From an uncultured Alphaproteobacteria bacterium (GTDB lineage Bacteria > Pseudomonadota > Alphaproteobacteria > RF32 > CAG-239), in contig CAKQDU010000003.1 in the NCBI GenBank assembly GCA_934229625.1, positions 64,426 through 128,425 on the forward strand: a stretch of 64,000 nt of DNA. The letters are read 5' to 3'. Both the position numbers and the translations under genes were made by a program. Each line of letters begins with the position of its first letter. Positions within the stretch are counted from its first letter, which is position 1. This document shows positions 26,647 to 36,147 of the stretch, in pieces. The notes under the pieces are model-generated. The model was given only the letters and a program-made list of their open reading frames with translations. It did no database searches and was not told the DNA's origin.

Positions 26647-28407
26647 ATGAAGAAAATAGCATTTATAACTCTGGTGTCATTTTTAAAAGTTTCGGCTTTG
26701 TCTGCTGAAACGTTAACGGCAAGCGTTGATTCTTCCGAGGTTCCGATGGGAGAGGTCTTTAATTTAAATTTGTCGTATGATGGCAAAAACGGGGCTTTGC
26801 TGCAGCCTGACTTGAGTGTGCTGCAAAATGATTTTAATATTTATTCAACATCTAGTTCCTCGCAAATCAGTTATATAAACGGTCAAAGTTCCGAGCAACG
26901 TGATTGGGATATAGGTTTATTGCCTAAGCATGAGGGAAATGTGACAATTCCGGCCATAAGCGTCGGTAAATATAAAAGCCGCCCGTTGAATATCAAAATT
27001 TTACCGCAGGGAACAACTGTTTCTTCAAAAGGCACAGAAAAAGTGCAGAATGACAATCAGCTTGCGGAAGCAAACAAATTTTCGGTCGATTTGTCGGTGA
27101 ATATGCAGCAGCCGTATGTCCAGCAGGAAGTTAATGCCGTGCTGACAATCAAAGACAGGGTTGGTTTGCAGCTGACTTCCGAACCGCAGTTTGCCAATGC
27201 TGAAAATTGGATTATAAAACCATTGCAAAAGCCGGAAATAAAACAGCAAAATGCAGAAACTGAAATCAAATTCCATTATGCCATGTTTCCGCAAAAAAGC
27301 GGCGAACAGGATTTGCCTATAGTAAAAATAAACGGTTTTTATACAGAATTTGAAAAAGTGGCAAAACATCCGTTGCTGCATCAGGGAGTCAATAGTTTGT
27401 TTCAGTTGATGAATGTCGATTTTGATGAGATGTTCGGCATACAAAAACCGGTTGAGTTATACACCAAAACAAAGAGTATAAAAGTTTTGCCGGCTGCCGC
27501 CGAATATGGCACAAAATGGTGGCTTCCGTCGGATGAGGTAAAAGTCAAAGCTATATGGAATGAAAAGAAGCCTTTGTTCAAAGTCGGTGAAACCGTGGCG
27601 CGTAAAATTATTATATTAGCTTCCGGCGTGGCCGAAACTCAGCTTCCTGAAATAAATTTTCAGGAAAATGAAAATTTTAAGATATATCCTGAAAATCCAG
27701 AATTGGATTCTAAAGTTTTTGACAATCGGGTTATTGCTCAATCAATAACCGGAGTTGTGTATATTCCGCAAAAAAGCGGCGAGCAAATTTTGCCGGAAAT
27801 TAAAGTTCCGTGGTATGATATAAAAAACAAAAAAGTTGAGATTGCCGTGATTCCGGCAGAAAAAGTTTTTGTTGAAAAAGGTTCCGGCGCCGAAGAAATT
27901 ACTGCTGAAAAAAATATAAAAACTTTAGAAACGGAAAATCCGTTTGATGTATCGCAGCAAAATCAGGAAAAGACATTGCAGAAGATGGAAAAAAACAAAA
28001 ATACGGTTAATATTTTGTGGGTCGCTGCGGCATTTGTCGCCGGATTACTTATAAGTCTGCTGCTGCGTCGCCGGTCGCCGTCCGGAGACACATGCAAAAC
28101 AGGTTATAATTGGTGTGCTGCAATACGAAAAAATTTAGCGGAGAAAGATTATCGTCTATTGCGTGATAATTTAATTTTGTGGGGAAGCAAAACTTTTTAC
28201 GACCAAAATATTGCAAATCTTGAAGATTTATCCGGAATTATAAATAATGAGGATTTCAGCAGTCAGCTGCGTAAGCTTAATCAAAATTTATACGCCGGTG
28301 CTTCCGAAAAAATTGACGAGGGTATAATCATGTCTGTTATAAAAGATTGTAAAAATCATAAATCGGTTCAAGCCGAAAATGAACCTTTGCCAAAACTTTA
28401 TAAATAA
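26647..28407 (+). CDS. batD: BatD-like (oxygen-tolerance) protein
   Basis: Signal peptide MKKIAFITLVSFLKVSALSA. Large periplasmic region, C-terminal TM (ILWVAAAFVAGLLISLLL) and cytoplasmic tail, as in BatD. Follows batA/batB. Confidence 0.65.
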   Translation: MKKIAFITLVSFLKVSALSAETLTASVDSSEVPMGEVFNLNLSYDGKNGALLQPDLSVLQNDFNIYSTSSSSQISYINGQSSEQRDWDIGLLPKHEGNVTIPAISVGKYKSRPLNIKILPQGTTVSSKGTEKVQNDNQLAEANKFSVDLSVNMQQPYVQQEVNAVLTIKDRVGLQLTSEPQFANAENWIIKPLQKPEIKQQNAETEIKFHYAMFPQKSGEQDLPIVKINGFYTEFEKVAKHPLLHQGVNSLFQLMNVDFDEMFGIQKPVELYTKTKSIKVLPAAAEYGTKWWLPSDEVKVKAIWNEKKPLFKVGETVARKIIILASGVAETQLPEINFQENENFKIYPENPELDSKVFDNRVIAQSITGVVYIPQKSGEQILPEIKVPWYDIKNKKVEIAVIPAEKVFVEKGSGAEEITAEKNIKTLETENPFDVSQQNQEKTLQKMEKNKNTVNILWVAAAFVAGLLISLLLRRRSPSGDTCKTGYNWCAAIRKNLAEKDYRLLRDNLILWGSKTFYDQNIANLEDLSGIINNEDFSSQLRKLNQNLYAGASEKIDEGIIMSVIKDCKNHKSVQAENEPLPKLYK

Positions 28408-28467
28408 CTTGCACAAGCAAAAAAATTATGTTCTAATAAGCGAAAATAACAAATCAGAGGTTGACCG

Positions 28468-29406
28468 ATGTTTTTTTTGAAAAAAGTATTTTTATGGGGG
28501 TTATTTGCTGTCCTGATGTATTTTGGCGGTGCCGGAACCCAAAGCGACAGCACTTCGCTTCAGGGAATGGGCTTTATGGGCGTTGTTATCGCATTTGTCA
28601 TTCTATATATATTGTTTAAGTTAATGTGGTCGACCGTAAGTTTTTTATTTACTTTTTTTGTTATAGGCGCTGTTGTGGTTTTTATTTTATATTGCTTGGG
28701 TATAGTTGGCGGCGCAGGTTCTTCGCAGAGTGTCGGCAAACAATTGCTTAGCGAAGGTGAAACTTCTGCAGGATATGCTCAAAACAGCAGCGGTTCTGGC
28801 GGATTGGAGGCGGTTTACACCGGTAATGAACAAAAAAACGAGGAAGAAGGTAATTTTTTTGATAAATTGTCAGAAGTATTCGGTAAAGAGACTGAGCCTG
28901 CTCAAATAAGCGGTTTTAATCCGCTTGATTATCCCGAAATTCACGGAGTTCCTAAGGTTGTGACCGGAAGTATTTTGCGCCTTAACGGTTTGAATATAAA
29001 ATTGCTGGGAGCCGATGCGCCGAATCTTGAACAAAATTGTTCAAATTCTCGCGGACAAGCCTATGATTGCGGTCATAAGTCTGCAAGCTGGCTGCAAAAT
29101 TGGATAAACGGTCAAGAAGTTAAATGTCATATTTTGGGGAATGTTATAAAACATCGGGCAACCGGTGTTTGTTTTTTGGGCGAATATGATGTGGCTGCGG
29201 CGGTTGTAGAAGCCGGATGGGCCGTGGCTTATACAAAAAATACGGATGTTTATGTTCCTTATGAAAAACAAGCGCGCAAAGAACTTAAAGGATTGTGGAG
29301 CGGCCGTTTCTATCGTCCGTCCGATTGGCGAAAGATGCAAGCTCAGCGTGCTAAAATCAGTAATGAAAAAAAATCGGATTGGTTTAATTTTGACGGGTGG
29401 TTCTAA
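28468..29406 (+). CDS. Membrane-anchored thermonuclease (SNase-like) domain protein
   Basis: Two N-terminal TM helices. C-terminal ...ILRLNGLNIKLLGADAPNLEQNC...GQEVKC...DRYGRTVG-like block ...VCFLGEYDVAAAVVEAGWAVAY is typical of the staphylococcal-nuclease fold. Confidence 0.6.
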   Translation: MFFLKKVFLWGLFAVLMYFGGAGTQSDSTSLQGMGFMGVVIAFVILYILFKLMWSTVSFLFTFFVIGAVVVFILYCLGIVGGAGSSQSVGKQLLSEGETSAGYAQNSSGSGGLEAVYTGNEQKNEEEGNFFDKLSEVFGKETEPAQISGFNPLDYPEIHGVPKVVTGSILRLNGLNIKLLGADAPNLEQNCSNSRGQAYDCGHKSASWLQNWINGQEVKCHILGNVIKHRATGVCFLGEYDVAAAVVEAGWAVAYTKNTDVYVPYEKQARKELKGLWSGRFYRPSDWRKMQAQRAKISNEKKSDWFNFDGWF

Positions 29407-29855
29407 TGGAAAAAGTTTTTATATCTGATAGTGAAGCGGATACCGGCGCTTTGGCCGAAAAATTGGCGGCAATCAGCGTGCAGGGAGATGTTTGGGCCTT
29501 AAACGGCACATTGGGAGTCGGCAAGAGTGTTTTTGCCAGAGCGTTTATTCAAAAACTTACCGGAGCCAGAGAAGTTCCAAGTCCGACTTTTACGCTTTTG
29601 CAAACCTACAGCGCCGAGGCCTTTGATATTTATCACTATGATTTGTACCGTTTGGAAAAACCGGCGGAAATATTTGAGCTCGGGGTGGAAGAAGCCTTTT
29701 ATTCGGGAGTGAGCTTGGTCGAATGGCCTGAAAGAATGGGAGCGTTTTCGCCGCGCAATATGTGGAATGTGAATATAGAAATGAATGGTAGCGGACGCAA
29801 AATCACCATTTCTACCGAAGATGTAAATAAACAAAAGCGGCTTGCCAATGTCTGA
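29406..29855 (+). CDS. tsaE: tRNA threonylcarbamoyladenosine biosynthesis ATPase TsaE (YjeE)
   Basis: ALNGTLGVGKSVFARAF (P-loop), ...YHYDLYRL...EL..EEAF...GVSLVEWPE. The stop/ATG overlap (taATGg) shows the ORF-track GTG start is too early. Confidence 0.8.
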   Translation: MEKVFISDSEADTGALAEKLAAISVQGDVWALNGTLGVGKSVFARAFIQKLTGAREVPSPTFTLLQTYSAEAFDIYHYDLYRLEKPAEIFELGVEEAFYSGVSLVEWPERMGAFSPRNMWNVNIEMNGSGRKITISTEDVNKQKRLANV

Positions 29856-30288
29856 GTTATGCACAATGCACGCTTCATTCGTTTTGTGGCGTAATAAGGG
29901 AATTTTGTTTAGGGGTAAATCCGGCAGCGGCAAATCTGAGCTGGCGCTGAAGTTTATAGAAAACAAAGGCGCTGTGTTGGTAGCTGATGACGTCGTTGTT
30001 TTTAAAATGCGGCAAAATCGGCTGATTGGCGAGGCTCCGCAGAATATAAAAGGTTTGTTGGAAATAAGAAATGTCGGTATTTCTCGTTATGATTTTGTCA
30101 ACGAAGCCGAAGTTGGTTTGTTGGTAAATTTGGTTTCGTCAAAAGAAAATCTTGAGCGTCTGCCAAAAAATAAAACAGAAAACATTTTAGGTGTTGAAAT
30201 TCCGGCAATAGATTTGTATGCTGAGGACACGACAATTTTGGAAAAGATTATTGTCAAGCTGCGCGATAATCTTTTGAAAACAGAATAG
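29842..30288 (+). CDS. hprK: HPr kinase/phosphorylase C-terminal-domain-only protein (truncated HprK)
   Basis: ILFRGKSGSGKSELAL P-loop plus LVADDVVV...LLEIRNVGI. The 148-aa size matches the N-terminally truncated HprK form known from alphaproteobacteria. Confidence 0.7.
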   Translation: MPMSELCTMHASFVLWRNKGILFRGKSGSGKSELALKFIENKGAVLVADDVVVFKMRQNRLIGEAPQNIKGLLEIRNVGISRYDFVNEAEVGLLVNLVSSKENLERLPKNKTENILGVEIPAIDLYAEDTTILEKIIVKLRDNLLKTE

Positions 30289-30293
30289 GAAAT

Positions 30294-31091
30294 TTGAATA
30301 TGCTAAAGAAAAACATTGAAGCGTTTTTACAGCTTTTGGGTAAGCCTCTGCTTTCTTTTGTGCTGGAGCTTGGAGCGTTTACGCGTTTTGTGGCAAAGTC
30401 GGTGTATAACTGTTTTGTGCCGCCGTTTTATATTAAGCTGTTTTTTAATCAGTTTTTGAATATGGGGTTTTATTCGCTGCCGGTTGTTGGTTTAACTACG
30501 CTGTTTGCCGGTATGGTGATTGCTATTCAGACCTATTCGGGTTTTTCTAAATTTGGTGCTGAAAGCGCTGTCGCGACGGTAGTTTTGATATCGGTTACGC
30601 GTGAACTCGCTCCGGTTTTGTCGGCTTTAATGGTTGCCGGACGTATTGGCGCGGCGATGGCAGCAGAAATAGGAACAATGCGCGTTACTGAGCAAATTGA
30701 CGCGTTGGTTACACTATCGGCAAATCCGTTTCGCTATTTAATGGCGCCGCGACTCTGGGCCGGTGTGGTGGTTATGCCGCTTTTGGTGCTGTTCGGCGAT
30801 ATTATCGGTATTTTCGGCGGTTATGTGGTCGGAGTTTATAAGCTTGATTTTAATCCGGCTAACTATATTAACGCCACCATGCAGAATCTGCAAGCGATTG
30901 ATGTGATTTCAGGTATGGTGAAAGCCGGTGTTTTTGGTTTTATAATTTCAATAATGGGGTGCTATCACGGCTATCGTTCCAAAGGAGGCGCTCAAGGCGT
31001 GGGCGAAGCTACAACTAATGCCGTGGTTTCGTCGTCCATCCTAATTTTAATCTTTAACTATTTAATTACAGAAATGTTCTTTTCTAAATAA
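30294..31091 (+). CDS. mlaE: Phospholipid ABC transporter permease MlaE
   Basis: 265-aa polytopic permease with MlaE-like conserved blocks (…LPVVGLTTLFAGMVIAIQ…AVATVVLISVTRELAPVLSALMVAGRIGAAMAAEIGTMRVTEQIDAL…). Followed by mlaF. Confidence 0.8.
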   Translation: MNMLKKNIEAFLQLLGKPLLSFVLELGAFTRFVAKSVYNCFVPPFYIKLFFNQFLNMGFYSLPVVGLTTLFAGMVIAIQTYSGFSKFGAESAVATVVLISVTRELAPVLSALMVAGRIGAAMAAEIGTMRVTEQIDALVTLSANPFRYLMAPRLWAGVVVMPLLVLFGDIIGIFGGYVVGVYKLDFNPANYINATMQNLQAIDVISGMVKAGVFGFIISIMGCYHGYRSKGGAQGVGEATTNAVVSSSILILIFNYLITEMFFSK

Positions 31092-31099
31092 GGTGCGCC

Positions 31100-31852
31100 A
31101 TGAGTGAAAATAAAATAGAAATTCGCAATTTATACAAAGCATTCGGTAAAAAGAAAGTGCTTGATGGTGTGGATTTAGATATTAAAAAAGGCGAATCCCT
31201 TGTGGTTATCGGCGGTTCCGGAACAGGTAAGTCTGTTTTGATTAAGTGTATTCAAGGTTTGTTAACGCCTGATTGCGGTTCAATCAAAATTGATGATGAA
31301 GAAACAGTCGGCAGCAAAAAAGATATTCATGAAAAAATGGGAATGCTGTTTCAGGGCGCGGCTTTGTTTGATAGTTTAAGCGTATGGGAAAATGTGGCGT
31401 TCCGGCTGCTGCAGAAAGGCGAAAAGTCACGCAAACAGGCTAAAGTTTCGGCTATCCGCGTGCTGCGTCAGGTTGGTTTGGCTCCGGATGTTGCCGATTT
31501 GTCTCCGGCAGAACTTTCCGGCGGCATGCAAAAGCGCGTCGGCTTGGCGCGGGCGATTATCAGCCGTCCTGAAATTATCTTTTTTGACGAGCCGACAACC
31601 GGTCTGGACCCAATTATGGCTGATGTGATTAACGATTTGATTATAGAATCCGCTCGCGGTTTGGGTGCAACAACTTTGACTATTACTCATGACATGGCTT
31701 CGGCGCGCAAAATTGCCGACCGTATCGCTATGCTGTATAAAGGAAAAATTATTTGGTCCGGTACGGTAAAAGAAATGGATAAGTCCGAGAATCCGTATTT
31801 ACAGCAATTTATTCACGGCTGTTCTCAGGGGCCAATAAAAATGGAAGTGTAG
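31100..31852 (+). CDS. mlaF: Phospholipid ABC transporter ATP-binding protein MlaF
   Basis: Walker A GGSGTGKS, signature LSGGMQKRVGLARA, Walker B IIFFDEPTTGLD, H-loop ITHD. Confidence 0.85.
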   Translation: MSENKIEIRNLYKAFGKKKVLDGVDLDIKKGESLVVIGGSGTGKSVLIKCIQGLLTPDCGSIKIDDEETVGSKKDIHEKMGMLFQGAALFDSLSVWENVAFRLLQKGEKSRKQAKVSAIRVLRQVGLAPDVADLSPAELSGGMQKRVGLARAIISRPEIIFFDEPTTGLDPIMADVINDLIIESARGLGATTLTITHDMASARKIADRIAMLYKGKIIWSGTVKEMDKSENPYLQQFIHGCSQGPIKMEV

Positions 31853-31855
31853 GCT

Positions 31856-33238
31856 ATGGCTAAGAAAAACGTCAGTTTATATGTTTGTCAAAACTGCGGC
31901 GCCGCTTATCCGCGCTGGCAGGGAAAGTGCGATTCTTGCGGTGAGTGGAATACAATTGTTGAAGAAGTGCAGAAAACTGATGGTTTTTCTAAAATAAATC
32001 CGCGTAAAGAGGGTAAAATTATTGATTTTGTACCGCTCAAAGGCGAGCAGAACACTTATGCGCGCCTGCAAACCGGCATTAAGGAAATTGACCGCGTGAC
32101 CGGCGGCGGATTGGTTCCCGGCTCGGTTATTTTAGTGGGCGGCGACCCCGGAATCGGAAAATCCACCTTGCTGCTACAGGTCTGCGCCGGTTTGGCGAAT
32201 AAAGAAGAACACTATCCATGCTATTATATTTCTGGAGAAGAAGCCATTGACCAGGTGCGTATCCGCGCTGGTCGATTGGGACTGGCTGAAAGTCCGGTCA
32301 ATTTGGCAAGTGCCACGGATGTTCGCAATATTATTACCACTCTGGAAAAAACAGATGCCGCGGTTGTGATTATTGACTCTATTCAGACGATGTATCTGGA
32401 TGAGGTAGAATCCACTCCGGGAAGTGTCGGACAGGTGCGTGCCTGTGCATACGAGTTGATAAAACTTGCAAAACGCAAAGGATTTGTGCTGTTTTTGGTC
32501 GGACATGTGACAAAACAAGGCGAAATCGCCGGTCCGCGTGTTTTGGAACACATGGTTGATACGGTGCTTTATTTTGAAGGGGAGCGCGGACATCATTTCA
32601 GAATTTTGCGTGCGGTCAAAAATCGCTATGGCGCGACTGATGAAATCGGCGTATTTGAAATGCAGGATAAAGGCTTGGTTGAGGTAGAAAATCCATCGGC
32701 TTTGTTTTTGGCAGAGCGGCAGGGCAATGTTTCCGGTTCTTGTGTGTTTGCCGGTATAGAAGGCTCTCGTCCGCTGTTGGTTGAAATTCAGGCTTTAGTC
32801 AGTCCGAGCGGCTACTCTACGCCAAAACGGGCGGTTGTCGGCTGGGATTCTAATCGCTTGTCTATGATTTTGGCTGTTTTGGAAGCTCGCTGCAGTATGA
32901 ATTTCAGTTCGCATGATGTCTATTTGAATATTGCTGGCGGCTTGAAAATTACTGAACCGGCGGCAGATTTAGCGGTTGCGATGGCGGTTATATCATCGCT
33001 GACAAACAAGCCTTTGCCGGCAGACATGGCTGTATTTGGAGAAATCGGACTATCTGGAGAAATCCGAGCGGTAAGTCAGCCGAATTTACGCATGAAAGAA
33101 GCTCATAAATTAGGCTTTGTAAGTGCTATTATACCGCCGTCGTTCGGTAAAGATAAAAAAGATAAAGGCGCAAAAAATTATGAACTTTCCTGTTATGAAA
33201 TCGGTAATGTTCATCGTTTAATCAATTGGTTTAATTAG
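31856..33238 (+). CDS. radA: DNA repair protein RadA (Sms)
   Basis: N-terminal C4 zinc finger CQNCGAAYPRWQGKCDSCGEW, RecA-like ATPase GDPGIGKSTLLLQ, KNRYG motif, Lon-protease-like C-terminal domain. Confidence 0.92.
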   Translation: MAKKNVSLYVCQNCGAAYPRWQGKCDSCGEWNTIVEEVQKTDGFSKINPRKEGKIIDFVPLKGEQNTYARLQTGIKEIDRVTGGGLVPGSVILVGGDPGIGKSTLLLQVCAGLANKEEHYPCYYISGEEAIDQVRIRAGRLGLAESPVNLASATDVRNIITTLEKTDAAVVIIDSIQTMYLDEVESTPGSVGQVRACAYELIKLAKRKGFVLFLVGHVTKQGEIAGPRVLEHMVDTVLYFEGERGHHFRILRAVKNRYGATDEIGVFEMQDKGLVEVENPSALFLAERQGNVSGSCVFAGIEGSRPLLVEIQALVSPSGYSTPKRAVVGWDSNRLSMILAVLEARCSMNFSSHDVYLNIAGGLKITEPAADLAVAMAVISSLTNKPLPADMAVFGEIGLSGEIRAVSQPNLRMKEAHKLGFVSAIIPPSFGKDKKDKGAKNYELSCYEIGNVHRLINWFN

Positions 33239-33248
33239 GAGCAAAACT

Positions 33249-34130
33249 ATGGAACAATTAAACAACTTGGATGTGGTGTTTTTGGTAATTGTCGGCGTTT
33301 CGGCGTTAGTTGCAATCGCCCGCGGTGTTACAAAAGAATTGCTGTCCATCACCGGATGGCTTTTAGCCGGTGTCTCGGTTTATTATTTATTGCCTGTTGT
33401 TGACCCAATTATGAAAAAATATATAGCCTCAGATGTGCTGTCCAACCTTGTTTCCGGTATGGTTATTTTAATTATGTTCTGTATTTTTTGGGTGTTGGCA
33501 GCCGACAAAATCAGTACGCAGATTCGTTTTAGCAAGCTTAGTTCGTTGGACCGTATCTTAGGCTTTATTTTTGGTATTTTCCGCGGCGTGATTATTGTAA
33601 TTTTGCTCCAGATTATGATTTCATCGTTGATTCCTGAAGAATCGCAAAAAGGTGTATTTGCAGAATCTCGCTATTTTAAACTTGCCGGAGATGCTTCCGG
33701 ACCGATTAAAGGTCTAATTCCGGAAAAATGGTTTGATGATTTGAAGGCAAAAGGAGAAAGTTTGGGTTTCGGTATTGTTAAAACAGAGGAAACTGAAGCT
33801 GATAAAGATAAAGAAAACACATCTAAGGCAGAAGATTCTAAGGATAAAACTCTTACTGAGGAAAATTCTTCCGACAATATTGGCAATGCGGCTGAGGTTG
33901 CCGGCGATGTTTTGAAGAAAAGCGGTGAGGAATTGTTTAATAAGCTTGCACAGCCAAAGCCTGAGGGAGAAAATAAATCTCAGGATGAAGGTTATAAAAA
34001 TGATGAAACATCGGATTTGGATAAACTCATGGATGAGTTGGAGGACAAGGTTGTGACAACCGATGAAAATTCGGCTCCGGTGAAAAATGACACTCCTAAA
34101 GAAATTAAAAAAATAGATGAAAAATTATAA
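33249..34130 (+). CDS. cvpA: CvpA-family membrane protein with an acidic/K-rich C-terminal extension
   Basis: LDVVFLVIVGVSALVAIARGVTKELLSITGWLLA...LDRILGFIFGIFRGVIIVILL matches CvpA (colicin V production protein). The radA-cvpA adjacency is a common conserved arrangement. Confidence 0.7.
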   Translation: MEQLNNLDVVFLVIVGVSALVAIARGVTKELLSITGWLLAGVSVYYLLPVVDPIMKKYIASDVLSNLVSGMVILIMFCIFWVLAADKISTQIRFSKLSSLDRILGFIFGIFRGVIIVILLQIMISSLIPEESQKGVFAESRYFKLAGDASGPIKGLIPEKWFDDLKAKGESLGFGIVKTEETEADKDKENTSKAEDSKDKTLTEENSSDNIGNAAEVAGDVLKKSGEELFNKLAQPKPEGENKSQDEGYKNDETSDLDKLMDELEDKVVTTDENSAPVKNDTPKEIKKIDEKL

Positions 34131-34197
34131 TTCCGGAATATTCATCAATAATTAAGGATAAGCCTCTGTTGTTTTTTGCATACAGAGGCTTATCAAT

Positions 34198-35028
34198 CTA
34201 AAATCCTACAGATATGTCGCAGTTTGTTTTTCCATCGCATACATCGCAGGCAGCTTTCATTTTAGCAAGAGTTGCATCACGTAAGCATTGAACATCAGGA
34301 GTGCAGAATTTATCGCCAGCAAAAATCTCGGTTGTCGGATTATGGTGCAGCCAAACTTTGTATGCTGCGGAATGCAGAGGATAGAATAAATCCTTAAATA
34401 GTGTCAGGCAGGTTTGTTTAGAAAAACCTTCCGAAACATTTTTTCCGTCGTCATTTTGGCGATATCCGCCGATGTTAACGCTAAATCCAAGTTCATTGTT
34501 GCGTGAAAATAAGGCTATTAAATTACCATTTGAATCCCATATACGAAATGTATCCATTTTTTCCCAGGTTGGCGGAATGAGGCCTGAAGCTTGTAAAACA
34601 TCCACAACTCCGACGGTTGATGAAGTCGGATTAAGATATTTCAAAGTATCAACATGTTCAAGCATACCATGCAAAAGAAAGGTATATTCATCTATCATCT
34701 TATCTATTTTCCACTTTTCCATCGCTTTGGAATATCCAGCGATACCGCCCACGCTTAGCACTCCAACAATGGCCAATACGCCGAGCATTTCAATCATTGA
34801 CCGACCGGCTGAAACCGCGTATAGCGGCGCATCTAAAGCGGTTTTACGCTGTCTCAAAAAATTCATGTACCTCCAATGTACACTAGGATTTTTCTCGCAG
34901 CTAGAAACCACTTTATCTACACCGCTCTCCGCAGTTTTGAAGATTTTTAAGGCGTATTGACGCACAACATCCAAACCCTTTAATGTGATGTTGTTTCCTT
35001 CGGCGTCATTGCGAGCAACGCGAAGCAA
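34198..35028 (-). CDS. Prepilin-like secreted protein, paralog 1 (start uncertain)
   Basis: Class-III (type IV prepilin-like) segment ...AVSAG|RSMIEMLGVLAIVGVLSVGGIAGYSKAM with Glu at +5. Conserved leader block GFGLLRVARND. Cys-framework C-terminal domain. The ORF-track start at 35028 is TTG. The in-frame region stays open upstream as far as the (AG)7 tract. Confidence 0.6.
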   Translation of the reverse strand: MLRVARNDAEGNNITLKGLDVVRQYALKIFKTAESGVDKVVSSCEKNPSVHWRYMNFLRQRKTALDAPLYAVSAGRSMIEMLGVLAIVGVLSVGGIAGYSKAMEKWKIDKMIDEYTFLLHGMLEHVDTLKYLNPTSSTVGVVDVLQASGLIPPTWEKMDTFRIWDSNGNLIALFSRNNELGFSVNIGGYRQNDDGKNVSEGFSKQTCLTLFKDLFYPLHSAAYKVWLHHNPTTEIFAGDKFCTPDVQCLRDATLAKMKAACDVCDGKTNCDISVGF

Positions 35029-35147
35029 TCCAAAACCTAGACCAGAAACGTCCGTCTGTTTCGTTCTGAACTTGTTATTTCCGAATGTGTGATTTTTTAC
35101 GCCGAACTCTGCAAAAACACGCTGAGCGGCAGAAAATACGCCTTTAA

Positions 35148-35204
35148 TCAGATGTTTAGGATTTGCAGAGAGAGAGAGAGACCTTTGAATAGCTTATTTT
35201 TCAT
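35148..35204 (-). other. 18-codon mini-ORF with a strong ribosome-binding site that runs through the (CT)7 tract and stops out of frame
   Basis: On the minus strand: tttagAGGAAAgaaagATGaaaaataagctattcaaaggt(ct)7gcaaatcctaaacatcTGA. Deleting one CT unit fuses this ATG in frame with the prepilin-like ORF. Confidence 0.6.
35167..35180. repeat. (AG)7 dinucleotide tract upstream of pilin-like 1 (identical tract at 36097..36110 upstream of pilin-like 2)
   Basis: Read directly. It is embedded in a ~120-bp module (…ctgcaaaaacacgctgagcggc…gatgtttaggatttgc(ag)7acctttgaatagcttatttttcatctttctttcctctaaa) that is conserved at both loci. Confidence 0.9.
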
Positions 35205-35304
35205 CTTTCTTTCCTCTAAAATTATATTGTTTACACTCTAATTCTATAACAGTCTTTTTTCATAAGTCAACCGGAAAAATCAAAGCGTTAGAATTGTGTT
35301 GCAT

Positions 35305-35970
35305 CTATTTTTTAAAACGAAATACAACATTGCATATATTGGTATTTCTTAGACACTCTTTACAGCTTTCGGTTATTTCAGGCATTGTAAGGTCTTTTAG
35401 GCATTTATACGTATCGTCATATTCTTCCATGTTTTGACATTCTGTAATAAAATGCGGAGCCGTTTTTCCTCCAGATGAATGAGAAGTGTTTTGTGGTGAA
35501 ATAAAATCTATACTACTATACATACCTTTAGCTAAATCTTTAATCAATGTAATGCAAAGTTCTTTTGAATAATCGGAAGATTTTTTATCATTGCTGAAGA
35601 TATTGATATCTACAATAAGAGTATTTTTTATGTTTATATATGGTGCCACTTTGTTTCCTAAAGTATCGGTTATATATATATTTGTAACTTCTTGCCATGT
35701 TTGAGGTACAAAGTTTAAGTCTTTTATAATTTGAGCTAAATACATAGGACGTTCTTTGTTATTTTTGATTAAATCATCTTTATACGATAATAAATCAGTA
35801 ATCATAAAACTATATTCTTCTATTGTTTTATTGACCTTAAATTTTTCCATAGCTTTGGAATATCCAGCGATACCGCCGACTGATAGAACGGCAATAATTG
35901 CCAGTACGCCGAGCATTTCTATCATAGAGCGTCCCACGCTGCAAACGTTATTGCGAGCAACGCGAAGCAA
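35305..35970 (-). CDS. Prepilin-like secreted protein, paralog 2 (start uncertain)
   Basis: ...SGLLRVARNNVCSVG|RSMIEMLGVLAIIAVLSVGGIAGYSKAM. C-terminal Cys framework (C...KCLKDLTMPEITESCKECL...CN). The ORF-track start is TTG. Confidence 0.6.
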   Translation of the reverse strand: MLRVARNNVCSVGRSMIEMLGVLAIIAVLSVGGIAGYSKAMEKFKVNKTIEEYSFMITDLLSYKDDLIKNNKERPMYLAQIIKDLNFVPQTWQEVTNIYITDTLGNKVAPYINIKNTLIVDINIFSNDKKSSDYSKELCITLIKDLAKGMYSSIDFISPQNTSHSSGGKTAPHFITECQNMEEYDDTYKCLKDLTMPEITESCKECLRNTNICNVVFRFKK

Positions 35971-36096
35971 TCCAGACCCCTTTATAGAGTTGCTACTGAA
36001 TGTGTTATTTTCGAATGTGTGATTTTTTGCGCCAAACTCTGCAAAAACACGCTGAGCGGCGAAAAATGCGCCTTTAATCAGATGTTTAGGATTTGC

Positions 36097-36110
36097 AGAG
36101 AGAGAGAGAG
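36097..36110. repeat. (AG)7 dinucleotide tract upstream of pilin-like 2
   Basis: Same module as 35167..35180. The same upstream mini-ORF and ATG (36132-36134 on the minus strand) are one repeat unit out of frame with the pilin-like 2 reading frame. Confidence 0.9.
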
Positions 36111-36147
36111 ACCTTTGAATAGCTTATTTTTCATCTTTCTTTCCTCT

